Part shown: positions 1 to 16,893 of the stretch, piece after piece
How the letters are laid out: every line of letters starts with the position of its first letter
How positions within the stretch are numbered: position 1 is the stretch's first letter
Assembly (NCBI GenBank): GCA_001642005.1
Contig: LWCA01000049.1
Coordinates: 3,167-67,166, forward strand
Length of the DNA stretch: 64,000 nt
Direction: 5' to 3'
DNA from: Intoshia linei
Lineage: Eukaryota > Animalia > Orthonectida
Made by a program: the position numbers and the translations under genes
The notes under the pieces: generated by a model
The model's input: only the letters and a program-made list of their open reading frames with translations
Database searches by the model: none
What the model was told of the DNA's origin: nothing

Positions 1-21
1 AGGATATATATTTTATTTTAG

Positions 22-5028
<5,007 letters not shown>

Positions 5029-5306
5029 TTTTTAATAAATATAAATTTATGATATTTTGTTTGGGGACTTTTCAAAACTTGATAAATATAAAATTTGAAG
5101 AACGGCTTCGTCACGGTAAATATTTAGAATTTTGCCACTATATAGTTATCAGATTTATTAATTTACAAGTTTGAGTATACAATACATTAGTATTATTGAA
5201 CGAATGGACGTAGATACGGTATCACTACTCATGGATCAACAAATAATAAAAATATAGCAACATCAAAACGGATTCTTTAAAATCTACGTTGAGCAACAAT
5301 AAACAA

Positions 5307-6458
5307 ATGGATTCCTCTCAAATAATTTGTCATTACGAAAAATCGTTAAATTATACACTTTACGATGTTAAATGGATACCACAAAGCGCAAAATTTGTAG
5401 CACTGGGAAGCCATCCTCGTGGCACGGGTTCATTGGACATTTTTCAGTTGGGAAAAGAGTTGAAACTGATTCATAGTGTACGTTGCAATTTAATTAAATA
5501 ATTAATTAAAGTAAATTCCTTGAATTTAAATTTTAGTCGGAGAAACCAAATTCATTCAAATGTGGATCTTTCGGTGCGTCAGTATACGGCGATCGCCATT
5601 TGGCTACTGGTGATTTCAACGGTCGAATGCAAGTGTGGTAACAATTTAAATTAATTACATTGAATAATTTAATAAATGTCTAGGGATTTACTTGACGATA
5701 AAAGTCAATCTGTATTTTCATCCAAAGGACACGAAGGAATAATAAACTGTATAGATGGAATCGGTGGTCAAAACGTTGGTGTGGGTGCTGCAGAAATAGC
5801 AACTGGAGGTCGTGATGGGTGTGTTAAAATTTGGGACATTCGTCAAACAACGCCCGTCGTAAATATTGATCCAGAATCACATGGTAATCCTCGAGATTGC
5901 TGGTCCATTGCATTTGGAAACAACTCTAACGAATTGGATAAAGTTGTTGCGGCAGGGTTCGATAATGGAGATTTAAAATTGTTCGATCTTCGTACACTGA
6001 AAATACTCTATGAAAAGCAATTTAAAAATGGTATATGCAGTGTCCAGTTTGATCGGCCTGATATTCAAATGAATAAACTTGTTGCAACAACATTAGAATC
6101 AAAGATTCATCTTTTTAATTGTAATCTTTTCAAGGGCGGCATAAATTCTATTGATTCAAATATAAAAAAACTTCCACATCTTGTTGAAAAAGCGCACAAA
6201 AGTACTGTCTGGTGTGTCAAACATTTGCCTCAGAATCGAGACGTTTTTGTTACCACTGGAGGAAATGGTACCATCAATCTTTGGAAATATTTTTATCCGG
6301 ACAACAATGAAAATGTTGGCACGTTGGAACTTGTACAGGATGTATTGCTTTCTTCTCAACCTATTTCGTCGTTTGATTGGTGTAAAGAAAAAACTGGGTT
6401 AGCAGTCTGCGGGTCGTTTGATCAAGTTGTCAGAGTTGTTATTGTTACGAAATTGTAA
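5307..6458 (+). CDS. WDR92: WD-repeat protein 92 / dynein axonemal assembly factor 10 (Monad). Exons 5307-5477, 5537-5637, 5684-6458
   Basis: KSLNYTLYDVKWIPQSAKFVALGS, FKCGSFGAS, IINCIDGIGG, ATGGRDGCVKIWD, DCWSIAFGN, AHKSTVW..HLPQNRD and the C-terminus SFDQVVRVVIVTKL are characteristic of WDR92. Confidence 0.93.
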
Positions 6459-6904
6459 AAAAATTTTTTAATGTACGCAACATTTTATATCATGTCTTAT
6501 TAAATTGTAAATATTCATTATGTACTGTATTTTATAAAATTAAAATAATATTGCTAAAAATAGACCAAGAAATATAAGGATGATTGGGGATTCGTCCAAT
6601 TCTATACAAGTGCATTTAATGACTACTAATAAAACATTAATCATATTGAAAGAAAATTTAATTTATAATTACCGTTTTTGGACTCTACCCGTTGATAATT
6701 AGTTTACGATCAATTTTATTTTAATTTTCAGAGTCAACTCGACTTTTCTTTGATTAACACCATTTGTAAATTGATTCAGCGTTAATTTCTATTCACTTTA
6801 CAGTTTACAAAATAGACCAGTGCTTCTCATGGGAGTGACTGGTTACTCCAAGGGGTGAATACTAAAATTTTAGATGATTGGGGTGAATGATAAATTTTTA
6901 ACAT

Positions 6905-7389
6905 ATTTTATTTAATTTAGTCAAATATGTGAAAAAACCAAAATTTTACTAACCCTTAAGGAAAAAATCCCAAAATTTATAAAATTGCATAAACTATTTC
7001 ATAATAGATCAAAAAAATTAATTTATTTAAAAAATAATAATTTTTCAAGATTTAATAATAGGTATACTTGGAATTATCCATTAAGGTTTGATTTATTTAT
7101 GGCTCTAAACCAATGTTACCAGTTAACCAGGGTTACCAACAATAAGTTATTCTCAATCTGAATTTTTGAGCGAAGCTCAAATTTTATTCAATTTAGTCAA
7201 AAATGTGAAAAAACCAAAATTTTACCAACCCTTAACGAAAAAATCTCAAGATTTATAAAATTGTATAGACTATTTCATAAAAAATCAAAAAAATTAATTG
7301 ATTCATTAAAAAATAATAATTTTTCAAGATTTAATAATAGTTAAAAATAAAATTTTCCCTTAAGGGTTGATTTATTTATGGCTCTAAAC
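6905..7389. repeat. Imperfect direct duplication of ~205 bp (6905-7110 and 7181-7389)
   Basis: Both copies run from ATTTTATT.AATTTAGTCAAA.ATGTGAAAAAACCAAAATTTTAC to TTTATTTATGGCTCTAAAC. Confidence 0.8.
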
Positions 7390-7511
7390 TAAAGTCTCTA
7401 ATATAAAATTTGATGATAAATGTTTTTTATATAAATTACAACTGATTTTAAAAATAAACAAAACTTTTTTTTAAAAACATCAAAATAAACCATAAAATGT
7501 GAAACCGATAA

Positions 7512-8040
7512 TCCTTATATAATATGCTACGCGATTTTTGTTTGTGTGTGTTCCACTTTATTTAAATAACTAGCCGTCTTAAAATTGTATAAAGTCCACA
7601 TTTCAATTACAGTTGTTTCCAGAGGTTTTTGCAAAATAAATTTCAACATCCCAAACTCACATCTTACGGGTCAAAAACGCCAATTGTCCTTTTTTTTTTT
7701 AAAATCAAACGAGTTGGAGAATTTAAAAAAATATATACGCTGATACGGATTTTAAAATCATAAACATTATCATAAATTTCAATTTAAAAAAATTATATCT
7801 TCAGGGCCAAAACCCCAAATTACCCTTCTTTTTTTAATGAAAACAGCCCTAGAAGATAAAAAAATTTACAGGTGGTACAGTTGTATCCTGTTAACACACA
7901 CAAAAATTTCAATCTGAATAGTGATGTCTTCACGGTCAAAAAAGCATTTTGGTATTTATATATTTTTTTTCCGAAATATTTTATTAAAACAAAAAATGTA
8001 AATAAATTAAATTAACGGTCCGAAAATTAATAAAAAGGTA
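7512..8040 (+). mobile_element. 5' part of non-autonomous Helitron-like repeat family
   Basis: Starts ATCCTTATATAATATGCTACGCGA followed by a (TG)n tract. Colinear with copies at 33807, ~39530 and (reverse) ~58220-58690. Confidence 0.7.
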
Positions 8041-8151
8041 AGTAAGAAATAAATATTGGAATGTTGGTGATTTATCTCATGTGATTAAAACTTTTGTCCC
8101 TGTAACGATTGGCAGATAAGAACTCTGATAATTTCATCTTAAATAAAAAGA

Positions 8152-8223
8152 TGTCCAAATTTCGATTCGAACCTATCCACGCAGAATACAATTATATGAC
8201 TATAACCACTCTGCCAGTTAGAC
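8152..8223 (-). pseudogene. tRNA-derived pseudogene / Pol III-like relic (Leu/Ser-like)
   Basis: The minus strand reads GTCTAAC-TGGCAGAGTGG (A box)...GGTTCGAATC (B box)...TTTGGACA followed by a T-run. The acceptor stem partly pairs, but there is no intact anticodon arm. Confidence 0.5.
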
Positions 8224-8827
8224 ATCACAAGTGAGTTATATCAAAAGTATATATTCGAATCTCGATTAGTATGGTAGCGATATATTACTACAGTCCCGGA
8301 CCAATTCGATTGTTATCATTTTATTCAAATTTTGGTTCAAGTTAAACGAGTGGGTGTGTTTAGTAAAAAACGGTACTTTCTAAAGAATTAAATTTTGATT
8401 TGTTTGTCAATAAATTATTCATTTTCTATCAAAATTTCTAAAATCATGGATTTTCATTTCTGTTTATTCATTTTTAAATAAATGTTATATGGAATCCTGA
8501 CCTTAAAAGTCAGGTACTACCTGTAGAGTTGTTAATCTATCACCTAAAAATTAATACATAATATATGTTAGTCCTAAAGGGTGTGAGTTTCGAAAGAATT
8601 ATCGAAAAATTTACGATCTATGCCAATATATACTACATTGAAGTTTCCATTATGAATCAGAGTTTATTTGTTATTTTACCTACCTTAGATACATAGATTT
8701 ATAGCAGCTAATATCTATAGATAAATGTGTACTTTTAGTTTAATTGCATGGATATTCAAGATTTACAAAAGTTAAAATCTCAACAAATGTAAAAATAATT
8801 TTTTGAATATATGAAAATATAAAGAAA

Positions 8828-11454
8828 ATGAATGATTTGAAATTTATAAATTTCAAAACATTAATTGATATAGGATTCTGGAAAGAAATTTACAAATTAA
8901 AATTGGAAAAGTACAAAAATAACCAATCACCCATAAACTTGGTTGGATATTTAAGAAAAGATTTAAATCTAGAATCAAATTGTATAGTGGAATATACTGA
9001 AACATCATTTGATGACGATCAAAATTTAAACAATGACATTGATATTGTATCGGGAACAATAATAATTTTCAATAATCCAAAATCATTTCATGATTTGGAT
9101 AAGATTGCTTACTTGAATTCTGTCGGTAAGGATTGGTATAAGAACCTAAATAATACAAATTTGGATGAAATTTCAAAAAGGGACTTGGTCAGAGTATATG
9201 CAATTTGTTATTTGGATTTGAAAAAACATGTGCATAAAATTTGGTTTTCTTATCCATCATTTAGTTACGCACCTTTAAATGAATTACATTTCAGTGAAAA
9301 TTTGAAAAAACACTATGAAATGTCAAAATCAACACTATATGAGGAAATTTTAAAATTTGAAGGCCGAGAAATTAAATTTTTGACATTATCTAATGACACA
9401 TTAGTTAAATTTAATTTTAAAAACGTGACAGATTTAAAATCTGATTTATATGTAATTTTAGCGGATGGATGTAATACAAATTTACAAGTATCTAATCCAT
9501 ACTTGCGAAACCTACTAAGTATATTAAACAATGTGTTGGAATTTAGTTTGGATATTTTTGTCCTTTGTTTTAGAAATTCTTGGGATGAATCTCAGATTAT
9601 GAAAATTCGGTTAAACCATTTAAAAAACCCCGAGACGTTGGAAAATTTTCAAGTAGTCGGATGGGAACTTAACGATAAATCTCGTCTTGCTTCTAAAAAG
9701 GTTAACTTGAAAAATTCATTTGACATGGAAACTATAGCCCAAAATGCTATATATTTAAATCTAAAATTGATAAAATGGAATATTTTACCTCAAATTGACT
9801 TGGATACGGTTTTTCAAAAAAAATGTCTCATTATTGGTGCAGGAACACTGGGATGTTATGTAGCTCGTGGGTTGATGGCTTGGGGTATTCAAAATATATC
9901 ATTTATTGATTGCGGTTCCGTTTCTTTTTCAAATCCAGTACGTCAATCTTTATATAGTTTCAAAGATGCGATCGATTGCAAAAATAAAGCCCAAACTGCT
10001 GCAGAGTCTTTAAAGTTAATAAATCCCAAAATTATAACAGATTATTCGTCCATCACGATTCCCATGCCTGGCCATGTTTTTGATGAGAGAGAAATTAAAG
10101 AAGTCACAGAAAATATTTCTGAAATAGACAAGTTTATAAAAAATTGTGATGTAGTGTTTAATTTAACTGATAACCGAGAAAGTAGATGGTTAACTACGGT
10201 TATTAGTCAACATCACAACAAAATATGTATAACGACTGCCATTGGATTTGAGAGCTTTCTGGTTATTCGTCATGGTGCAAGTACGACAACGTTGGACAAA
10301 ATTAATCTCAAATCTCGTTATGTTAATGGTGACATGTTGGGTTGTTATTTTTGCAATGATATTGTTTCTTTAACTGATACAATGAGCGATAGATCCTTGG
10401 ATAAACAATGCACCGTTACTCGGCCTGGGATCGCCATGATGGCTGCAGGTATTTTACTTTTTTTTCATTCTCTCGTCACAATCTTAATCAATACCAATAA
10501 CTAGCAATTACATGATGTATTTAATGCAGTGATTATTAACTGGTGCACCGTAAAAAAATTTGAGTTTATTTTAATAATTTTGCTTAAAATTAGTGTCAAT
10601 CTTTTACATTGACTATTTGATTTGTTTGATTAACATATATTAATTATATTGTAAAACAAAAAATTTGAAATAATTAACGTTCCTAAAATTAAAAAAAAGA
10701 TTTTTTGATACAGCTTATTCCATTTGATATAAATACAAAATTTCAAGCCCAGAAATCTAAGCATTTCGGTGAAAAATAATTTATTATCAATTAATATTTT
10801 TCAAATGTTTCGATTAAAATCAAAAATGTAAATATTGATCCTACAATTTCAAAAAAAATGTGCATTGAACGTCTACACATTTCCAATTATAATAATATTG
10901 TAAAATTGCTATCGTTTTTATCAACTTTTATAAAAATATTTGCCCATTTATCGTTTTATGGTACATTTAAGACATGGGTGCTGACACCCTAGGAAGGTGC
11001 CAGAAAATTTTAGGTATATTTTTGTATTAGGATCTTTCGAGTCATAATATAATAAATATTAATATATAAAATTGTAATTTGAATTTTAGGTCACGCTGTG
11101 GAACTCTTTGTAAGTCTTGTAGAACACTCAGATGGAATAAACTGCTGTGCAACGACTCAGTGCAATGTAACTAAAGAAGATGATAAAATATCATCATGCT
11201 TAGGAATAGTACCTCATCAAATCCGCTGTTATCTTCCTGAATATAAATTAATACAACCAACTACACAACGATTTAATAAATGTTGTGCTTGTAGTCCTAT
11301 AATTGTAGATAACTATGCAAGGGAATCCTACACCTTTGTACTAAAATCCATATTAGATCCATCCCATCTTAACAAAATAACTCAATTGGATAAGGATCTT
11401 AAAATTGCTGAAAATGTAAATATCGACATTGATTCCTCATCAACCATTGATTAA
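8828..11454 (+). CDS. ATG7: Ubiquitin-like modifier-activating enzyme ATG7. Exons 8828-10448, 11090-11454
   Basis: GFW..IYKLKLE, VVGWELN, LNLKLIKW, CLIIGAGTLGCYVAR, SFSNPVRQSLY, IPMPGH, LGCYFCND, catalytic LDKQCTVTRPG, AVEL, LGIVPHQIR and C.ACS. The phase-1 GT-AG intron 10449-11089 joins the two ORFs. Confidence 0.95.
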
Positions 11455-12211
11455 AGTTAATTATCCATTATAATCTTTCATAGCAACTCATGTCCTAAAA
11501 ACCAATTGTCAATTTTTAATATAGGTCATTAAATTTTTAGTAAAAACATGTTTAATATTTTGTAACAAATTTGACGTTATTCTATCAGCTGGAGCTGGAA
11601 TGTGTCGTATTTTAAATTTTTCACGTTATCCAGGTATTTTTCAATATTTTTATTATTAGCATGATCAATTGACTTTGCGACAAGTTTAAAAGCACGCAAA
11701 TCTTCAATGATTGTGTAACTATTGCTAAATGTAAATTGTATTATGTAATATTTTTTATATTTTACATGAAATGTTCTTTACAGTCATGACTCTTGACCAT
11801 ACTTTGTTGCATTAATATTATAGAAAGAGTTGAAAATAAATAAAATAAAACACAAGTAGTTCCCAAATGACACTTGTCCCACCAGGAAGCATACAGAGTA
11901 TGAGGGGCGCAGGTTTAATATAAATTTAAAGTTAAATCGTTAACATTGCTTTGATATACTCTTGCATCAATAATAATATTTGCTTTATACTAAAATACCT
12001 TTTAAAAAATCACAGTCTGGCAAAACAATTTAATTGTTACTGTGAAGATTAGTTACAAATTTAATCTTTTTGTATTAGTACAGATTTTAATCTGTTACCA
12101 TGAAGTTTAAATACACGGGTAGAAAACAAGGGAGTGCAGTTACTGCGGATTTAAGATTTTTGACGGTATCTATATATCAATATAGACTATTAAATGTGAA
12201 TGATTCTATAC

Positions 12212-12533
12212 CAGGAGTGTCAATTATGCGACCCCCAATTATGGAATGTGCGGCCCGCGTTATAATATAAATTTTTGTTTTTTAAACATATTTTGATTAT
12301 TTTACAGTTTTTTCATATATTTTTCATGATTTATTTATTCATTATTACAATTTTAACATCATTTGTACACTTCATTGTTATTGTTTCATATTTCATTTTA
12401 TGAATTAAAATTATAAATTAATTAAATCTGTTAGTTTTAACATAATTTTTTAGTATAGATTATTTTTGTGCGGCCAGCGTAATAATTTTTTTTCACATTT
12501 GGCCCGCCAAACAAATTGTGTCTGACACCCCTG
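12212..12533. mobile_element. hAT (Buster/Charlie-type) MITE
   Basis: TIRs CAGGAGTGTCA...TGACACCCCTG, subterminal GCGGCCCG motifs, and a perfect 8-bp TSD TTCTATAC (12204-12211, 12534-12541). Confidence 0.88.
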
Positions 12534-13271
12534 TTCTATACACTTGATGCAAAGTATGTGCCGCCTCATACAGAATATCTACCCAAAATAACCTTTCCTT
12601 TAGTTAATTGAAAGAAAAGCTATAATCAAGCTTCTTGATTAAACGTTTTAAATTTAAGCTAGTGCGACCAGAAGTACGACTCCGCAATGCCTAAAATCGT
12701 ACTTTGTTGTAGTAAATAAACTTATAAATTAAAATTTAACTTAAATGTTCATTTTTCTAATCAAAAACATATTTTGTTTTTAAGCAATAAAAGTACTACT
12801 TTTAGTACGACAAAAATATGGTCAGCCTATTTAAGTGTCAATTAAGCCTTAATTCATGTTCAAAGCTAGAATATATTACTGGATGCTTAGTTATTTTTAA
12901 AATCTAAGAAATAGAAGAGAATATCTTTGACCTTGGCGGTCTGGCGACTTGTAGTTCAATACTGTAAAAATTATACATAATTCAAATAGCCTACATAAGT
13001 ATCTCTAACTGTAATACTAATTATACAATTAGTAGAATATTAGACAATAAAAAAAATAAATTATTCAACTCGTCAATAACAAGTTTATTTATCATTGTTG
13101 GCATAACAAAATTTTTTTGTTTATTTTAATTTAAATATAACTTATGAGTCAAAGAAATGAAACTATTATTACAAATGTACTACATTAATCAATAATTTTC
13201 CTAAAATTAAAAAATAAGTTTAACTAACATTTCAATTTACTGTAATAATTATTATAAACTGAAACGGTAAG

Positions 13272-13343
13272 TCCCTTGTGGTCCAATGGTTAGGATTCCG
13301 CGTTTTCACCGCGGCGGTCGGGGTTCAATTCCCCGCAAGGGAG
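13272..13343 (+). tRNA. tRNA-Glu (anticodon TTC)
   Basis: TCCCTTG/CAAGGGA acceptor stem, CCGCG-TTTTCAC-CGCGG anticodon arm, GGTTCAATTCC T arm, followed by an oligo-T terminator. Confidence 0.95.
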
Positions 13344-13459
13344 TTTTTTTATTATATCTATTTAGTCATTTTATTAAATTATTCATTTATTTCATGACAT
13401 AATTGATGCAACTTGTAAATAACACGATAAATTATACCGCGATTCAAAGAAAAAAATTA

Positions 13460-14367
13460 TATTTTAAGAGAAAATCTTTGTTAATCTGTGTTATAATTTA
13501 TATATATAACTAAGAGTCCTAGAATTTTAACAAACAAAAATTCCAAGGCATATTTTTCCGGAAGAGAAAGTTAAATAAATTTCAATCTCAAAAACTTACA
13601 TCTTCCCGGTCATAAACCCCAATTATCCTTTTTCATGTCCTAGAATTTAAAAAAATAGACTCTGATACAAATATTTAAATAATGAACACTATCATAAATT
13701 TTAGATGCAAAAAAGTATATACAGGGTATCCAGGGTCAAAACCACATATTAAATTTTTTTTAAAAAAATTTAAATAGTACTAGAATTTATAATAAAAATA
13801 AAAGTTCATACCGTTATATCCTGTCAATTTTATTTATTTACATAAAAAATTTTAATCTCACAAATTGACGTCTTCACGGTCAAAAAATCACTTTACTATT
13901 TTTATACTATACTACTTTATTACTATATTTTTTTCCTTTGATGACTATTTTATTACAATAACAACTTGAAAATAGTTAATGGTCCTAGAATCTAAAAAAA
14001 TGATTATTCTAATACAGATTATACCAGTTTATATAAATACAAAATTTTAAACCAAACATCTACGCATTTTTATGAGATTTTACCAATTATAATTAAATAT
14101 TTCATAATATTTAAATTGTTTCGTCTCAATTTAAATATATTTTGGCGCATAAATTAATATTTTAATACTAAAGAATTTGAAAAATATACACTCAAATCAA
14201 ATTTTGAAATCGTTATTTCTTACAATTTTTTAGATTTGTACCTATAATTTGTTGTTTTTAAGATTTTACTTTCATTGTTTATAAATTATAATAAAAAGTC
14301 TTAAAATTAAAACGCCCCCCTCGACAGAACTAGCTATTTGGACGAAGTACATAACAGTCAAGTTAGT
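13460..14367 (+). mobile_element. Diverged copy of the Helitron-like family including its 3' end
   Basis: Internal GGTCAAAA-CCCCAATT subrepeats. The 3' end CCCTCGACAGAACTAG...GTCAAGTTAGT matches 35043-35095. The left boundary is approximate. Confidence 0.6.
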
Positions 14368-14406
14368 TATAGTAAACTTATAGTGGTTCACGATTCAAAT
14401 AGAGTA

Positions 14407-15516
14407 CTAGCCCCATTGATAAGTAAAATTATTTGTACCCCAAAATTCAAATAAAATCTTCCCCAATAAATAAGTTGTATATAAAATTATTAAATTATAT
14501 TTGAGTCTCAGGACCCTCTCGGAAACCACTTTTTTAATTTTTTTTAAAAAACTATACCATCTATATTGATAAACTATCCAACATTTTGTATTTTTAGCGC
14601 AATTGTTCAATATAAAGTGTATTGTGGCTAAAATATTTTGAAAATCTAAAACTTTGAGATAAAATTTGCACAATTATATAAGTATGCAGTCAGAACTGTA
14701 CATTAAAAGCGTTACTGAAAACATTCACAAAGATTATAATTGTAATACAATGTAATCTAGTTTCGATTCAAAACTTTCGATACAGCTGAGACTGGTTGTA
14801 GTCAGACAAACGTTTCAACAGACAGTGTTACCTACGCTCAGTACTGACTGTAATAGTACCTTTTCGCTGATAGAAAATATCACTAGCAATAACTACATTG
14901 ATTTCATTTGATTCTATAAAATCGACCAATTTTTTAGTAATGCGACCCCACTCAATTTGTACCGATGAAACATTTTTAACTTTATTTAATTTTATATTAT
15001 CGTAAATTTTCTTAGTATACTCGTAATCTTTAAACATAACATCAGATAAATAAACTTGTTTTGCATGTTTTGCTAAAAACAATCCCACTATGCCAGTTCC
15101 ACATCCCAACTAAATGTTAATCAAAATAATAATTGGCTTTTATATATTAATAAGTATTAAAATGTAATAATGGTTAAAGAATCAATTTGTGAAAGGCGGT
15201 TTCACTTCTTGATCAAATACCTTTACAAATTTAAAAAATTCTAGTAAATTTAAAATTTAAAAATTTTAAAATTGAAAATTGTTTACCTCCAAAATTATTT
15301 TGTCTTTAAATTGATTCAAATTTTCCATAATGAGATTAATCATGACAAAAGAAGAAGGCCATATAGTTTTTTCATACGATTCAAAACTGTTTTCCGATAA
15401 CTATAATATTCAATAGAGATTCTAGAACATAATAATAATCAAAAATTGTATAGAAACTTTATTTTTTTAAACGTAAAAATGTTACGAGTCCTAACTTGGA
15501 CAAAAATTAAATGCAT
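14407..15516 (-). CDS. METTL23: METTL23-like protein methyltransferase (Methyltransf_16 family). Exons ~15516-15496, 15400-15287, 15109-14860, 14645-14559; 3' end uncertain
   Basis: Spliced translation gives TIWPSS...KIILE^LGCGTGIVGL (motif I), VYLSD, IEWG, IASDIFY (DxxY), DFQNILATIHFIL and YQYR. The start codon and last exon are tentative. Confidence 0.72.
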
Positions 15517-15554
15517 TTATTATTCTAATACAGATTAATTAATTAAACTCCATA

Positions 15555-15626
15555 TCCCTTGTGGTCCAATGGTTAGGATTCCGCGTTTTCACCGCGGCGG
15601 TCGGGGTTCAATTCCCCGCAAGGGAG
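15555..15626 (+). tRNA. tRNA-Glu (anticodon TTC), identical to the 13272 copy
   Basis: 72/72 identity with 13272-13343, followed by an oligo-T terminator. Confidence 0.95.
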
Positions 15627-16893
15627 TTTTTTTTAATAAAACTTTAAGGTAATGATAAATTTTTCGACAAAATTTTAAGTTAAGATTTCATTTTAAATTA
15701 AAAAATGTTAAATTTTTGAAAAAAAACGGACAAAAATTAATATTTTAAAAATCATGTACAATGTATTATAAATAAATTTTTACAATCAAATCACCATAAT
15801 TATCCAAGTCTATAAAACCTTGCCTCCAAATCTACAACATTGTACAATAGGGTGTCACATTTTTTTTAAAAAATTTTAGAATTTAATTTAAACGTAAAAC
15901 GTGAAAAATTTAATAACGTACCAGGTAGATTATATGTATATTTAATAAAAAAATAAAAAAAGGATCCGATACTAACTCTGTGAATTGCCCACTAACGAAT
16001 TTGCGCTCATCAATTAACTAATTAAGTTAAATAATTGTAAATTTAAGTTTATTTCTTATACATTATACATAAATACCTTAAAATATATTTAATACGGACA
16101 CTATATCACCCCCATGAGAAGCACTGTTTTAAATGATCCTATTTACTTTTGTTACAGACGGTTAAGTATGAACCATCATTATGCGTCATAATTTCTTTTT
16201 TGATTTTAAGCATTTATTAAAAAAATAAAATCGGTTAATATTAAACGATTCTAAAATAAATGATATTGATAAATCGTACAAACCAGTGTTTTTTATGTAC
16301 AAAGATTTTTCCAAATTCAAGTTAAAAGTAATTTTTAGCAATTTCAGCTAGCAATTTTTGTCTATTGGACACTCTAACTTATTATAAATTTTATCTGAAT
16401 TTATAAAACTTTTAAAAATGTCGAATAATGAAATGATTTCATCATTTGAAAGTTTACAAGAAATGTCCGAAATATTTTCATATTTTGTTGAATCAAACGG
16501 TATAATAATGACTATTGAATTTTGTGCAAGATCATTTTCGACATTAATTAATGTTAGTAAATTAACTATTAAAGTTGAAAATATATGTTCAAAAACTATA
16601 AACAAATTTAATTCATATTTGTTTGTTAAATTCAATTTAAATTCGTACCAATTTTCTATGTAATAAAATATTCACATAAGTAATGATTCATTACTAATGA
16701 ATTAAATTTTATCATTTTTAAATTCGTTTTACTCTCAAGTATAGTATAGTATTATATAGTATTAATATATACTCTATAGTATTATTAAGAAAGAATGTGC
16801 GTTGAAAATAAAACTAACGCATAATCATAAAATATAAAAATTTAAATATAAAACAATTGAAAATTAGTAATAACAAATTAAAAATTTAGACAA

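Noticed and set aside
6818-16126. Inverted hAT ends (CAGTGCTTCTCATGGG at 6818; CCCATGAGAAGCACTG ending at 16126) appearing to enclose ATG7, both tRNAs and METTL23 as a giant composite transposon
   Set aside because: The flanking 8-mers differ (AAATAGAC vs TTTTAAAT) and such ends are abundant in the window, so these are most likely two independent relics.
16348-16663. Overlapping 95-aa (-) and 81-aa (+) ORFs upstream of the nucleotidase
   Set aside because: No recognisable motif, one lacks an ATG start, and the composition is low-complexity and AT-rich. It cannot be supported as a gene, though a small orphan exon is not excluded.
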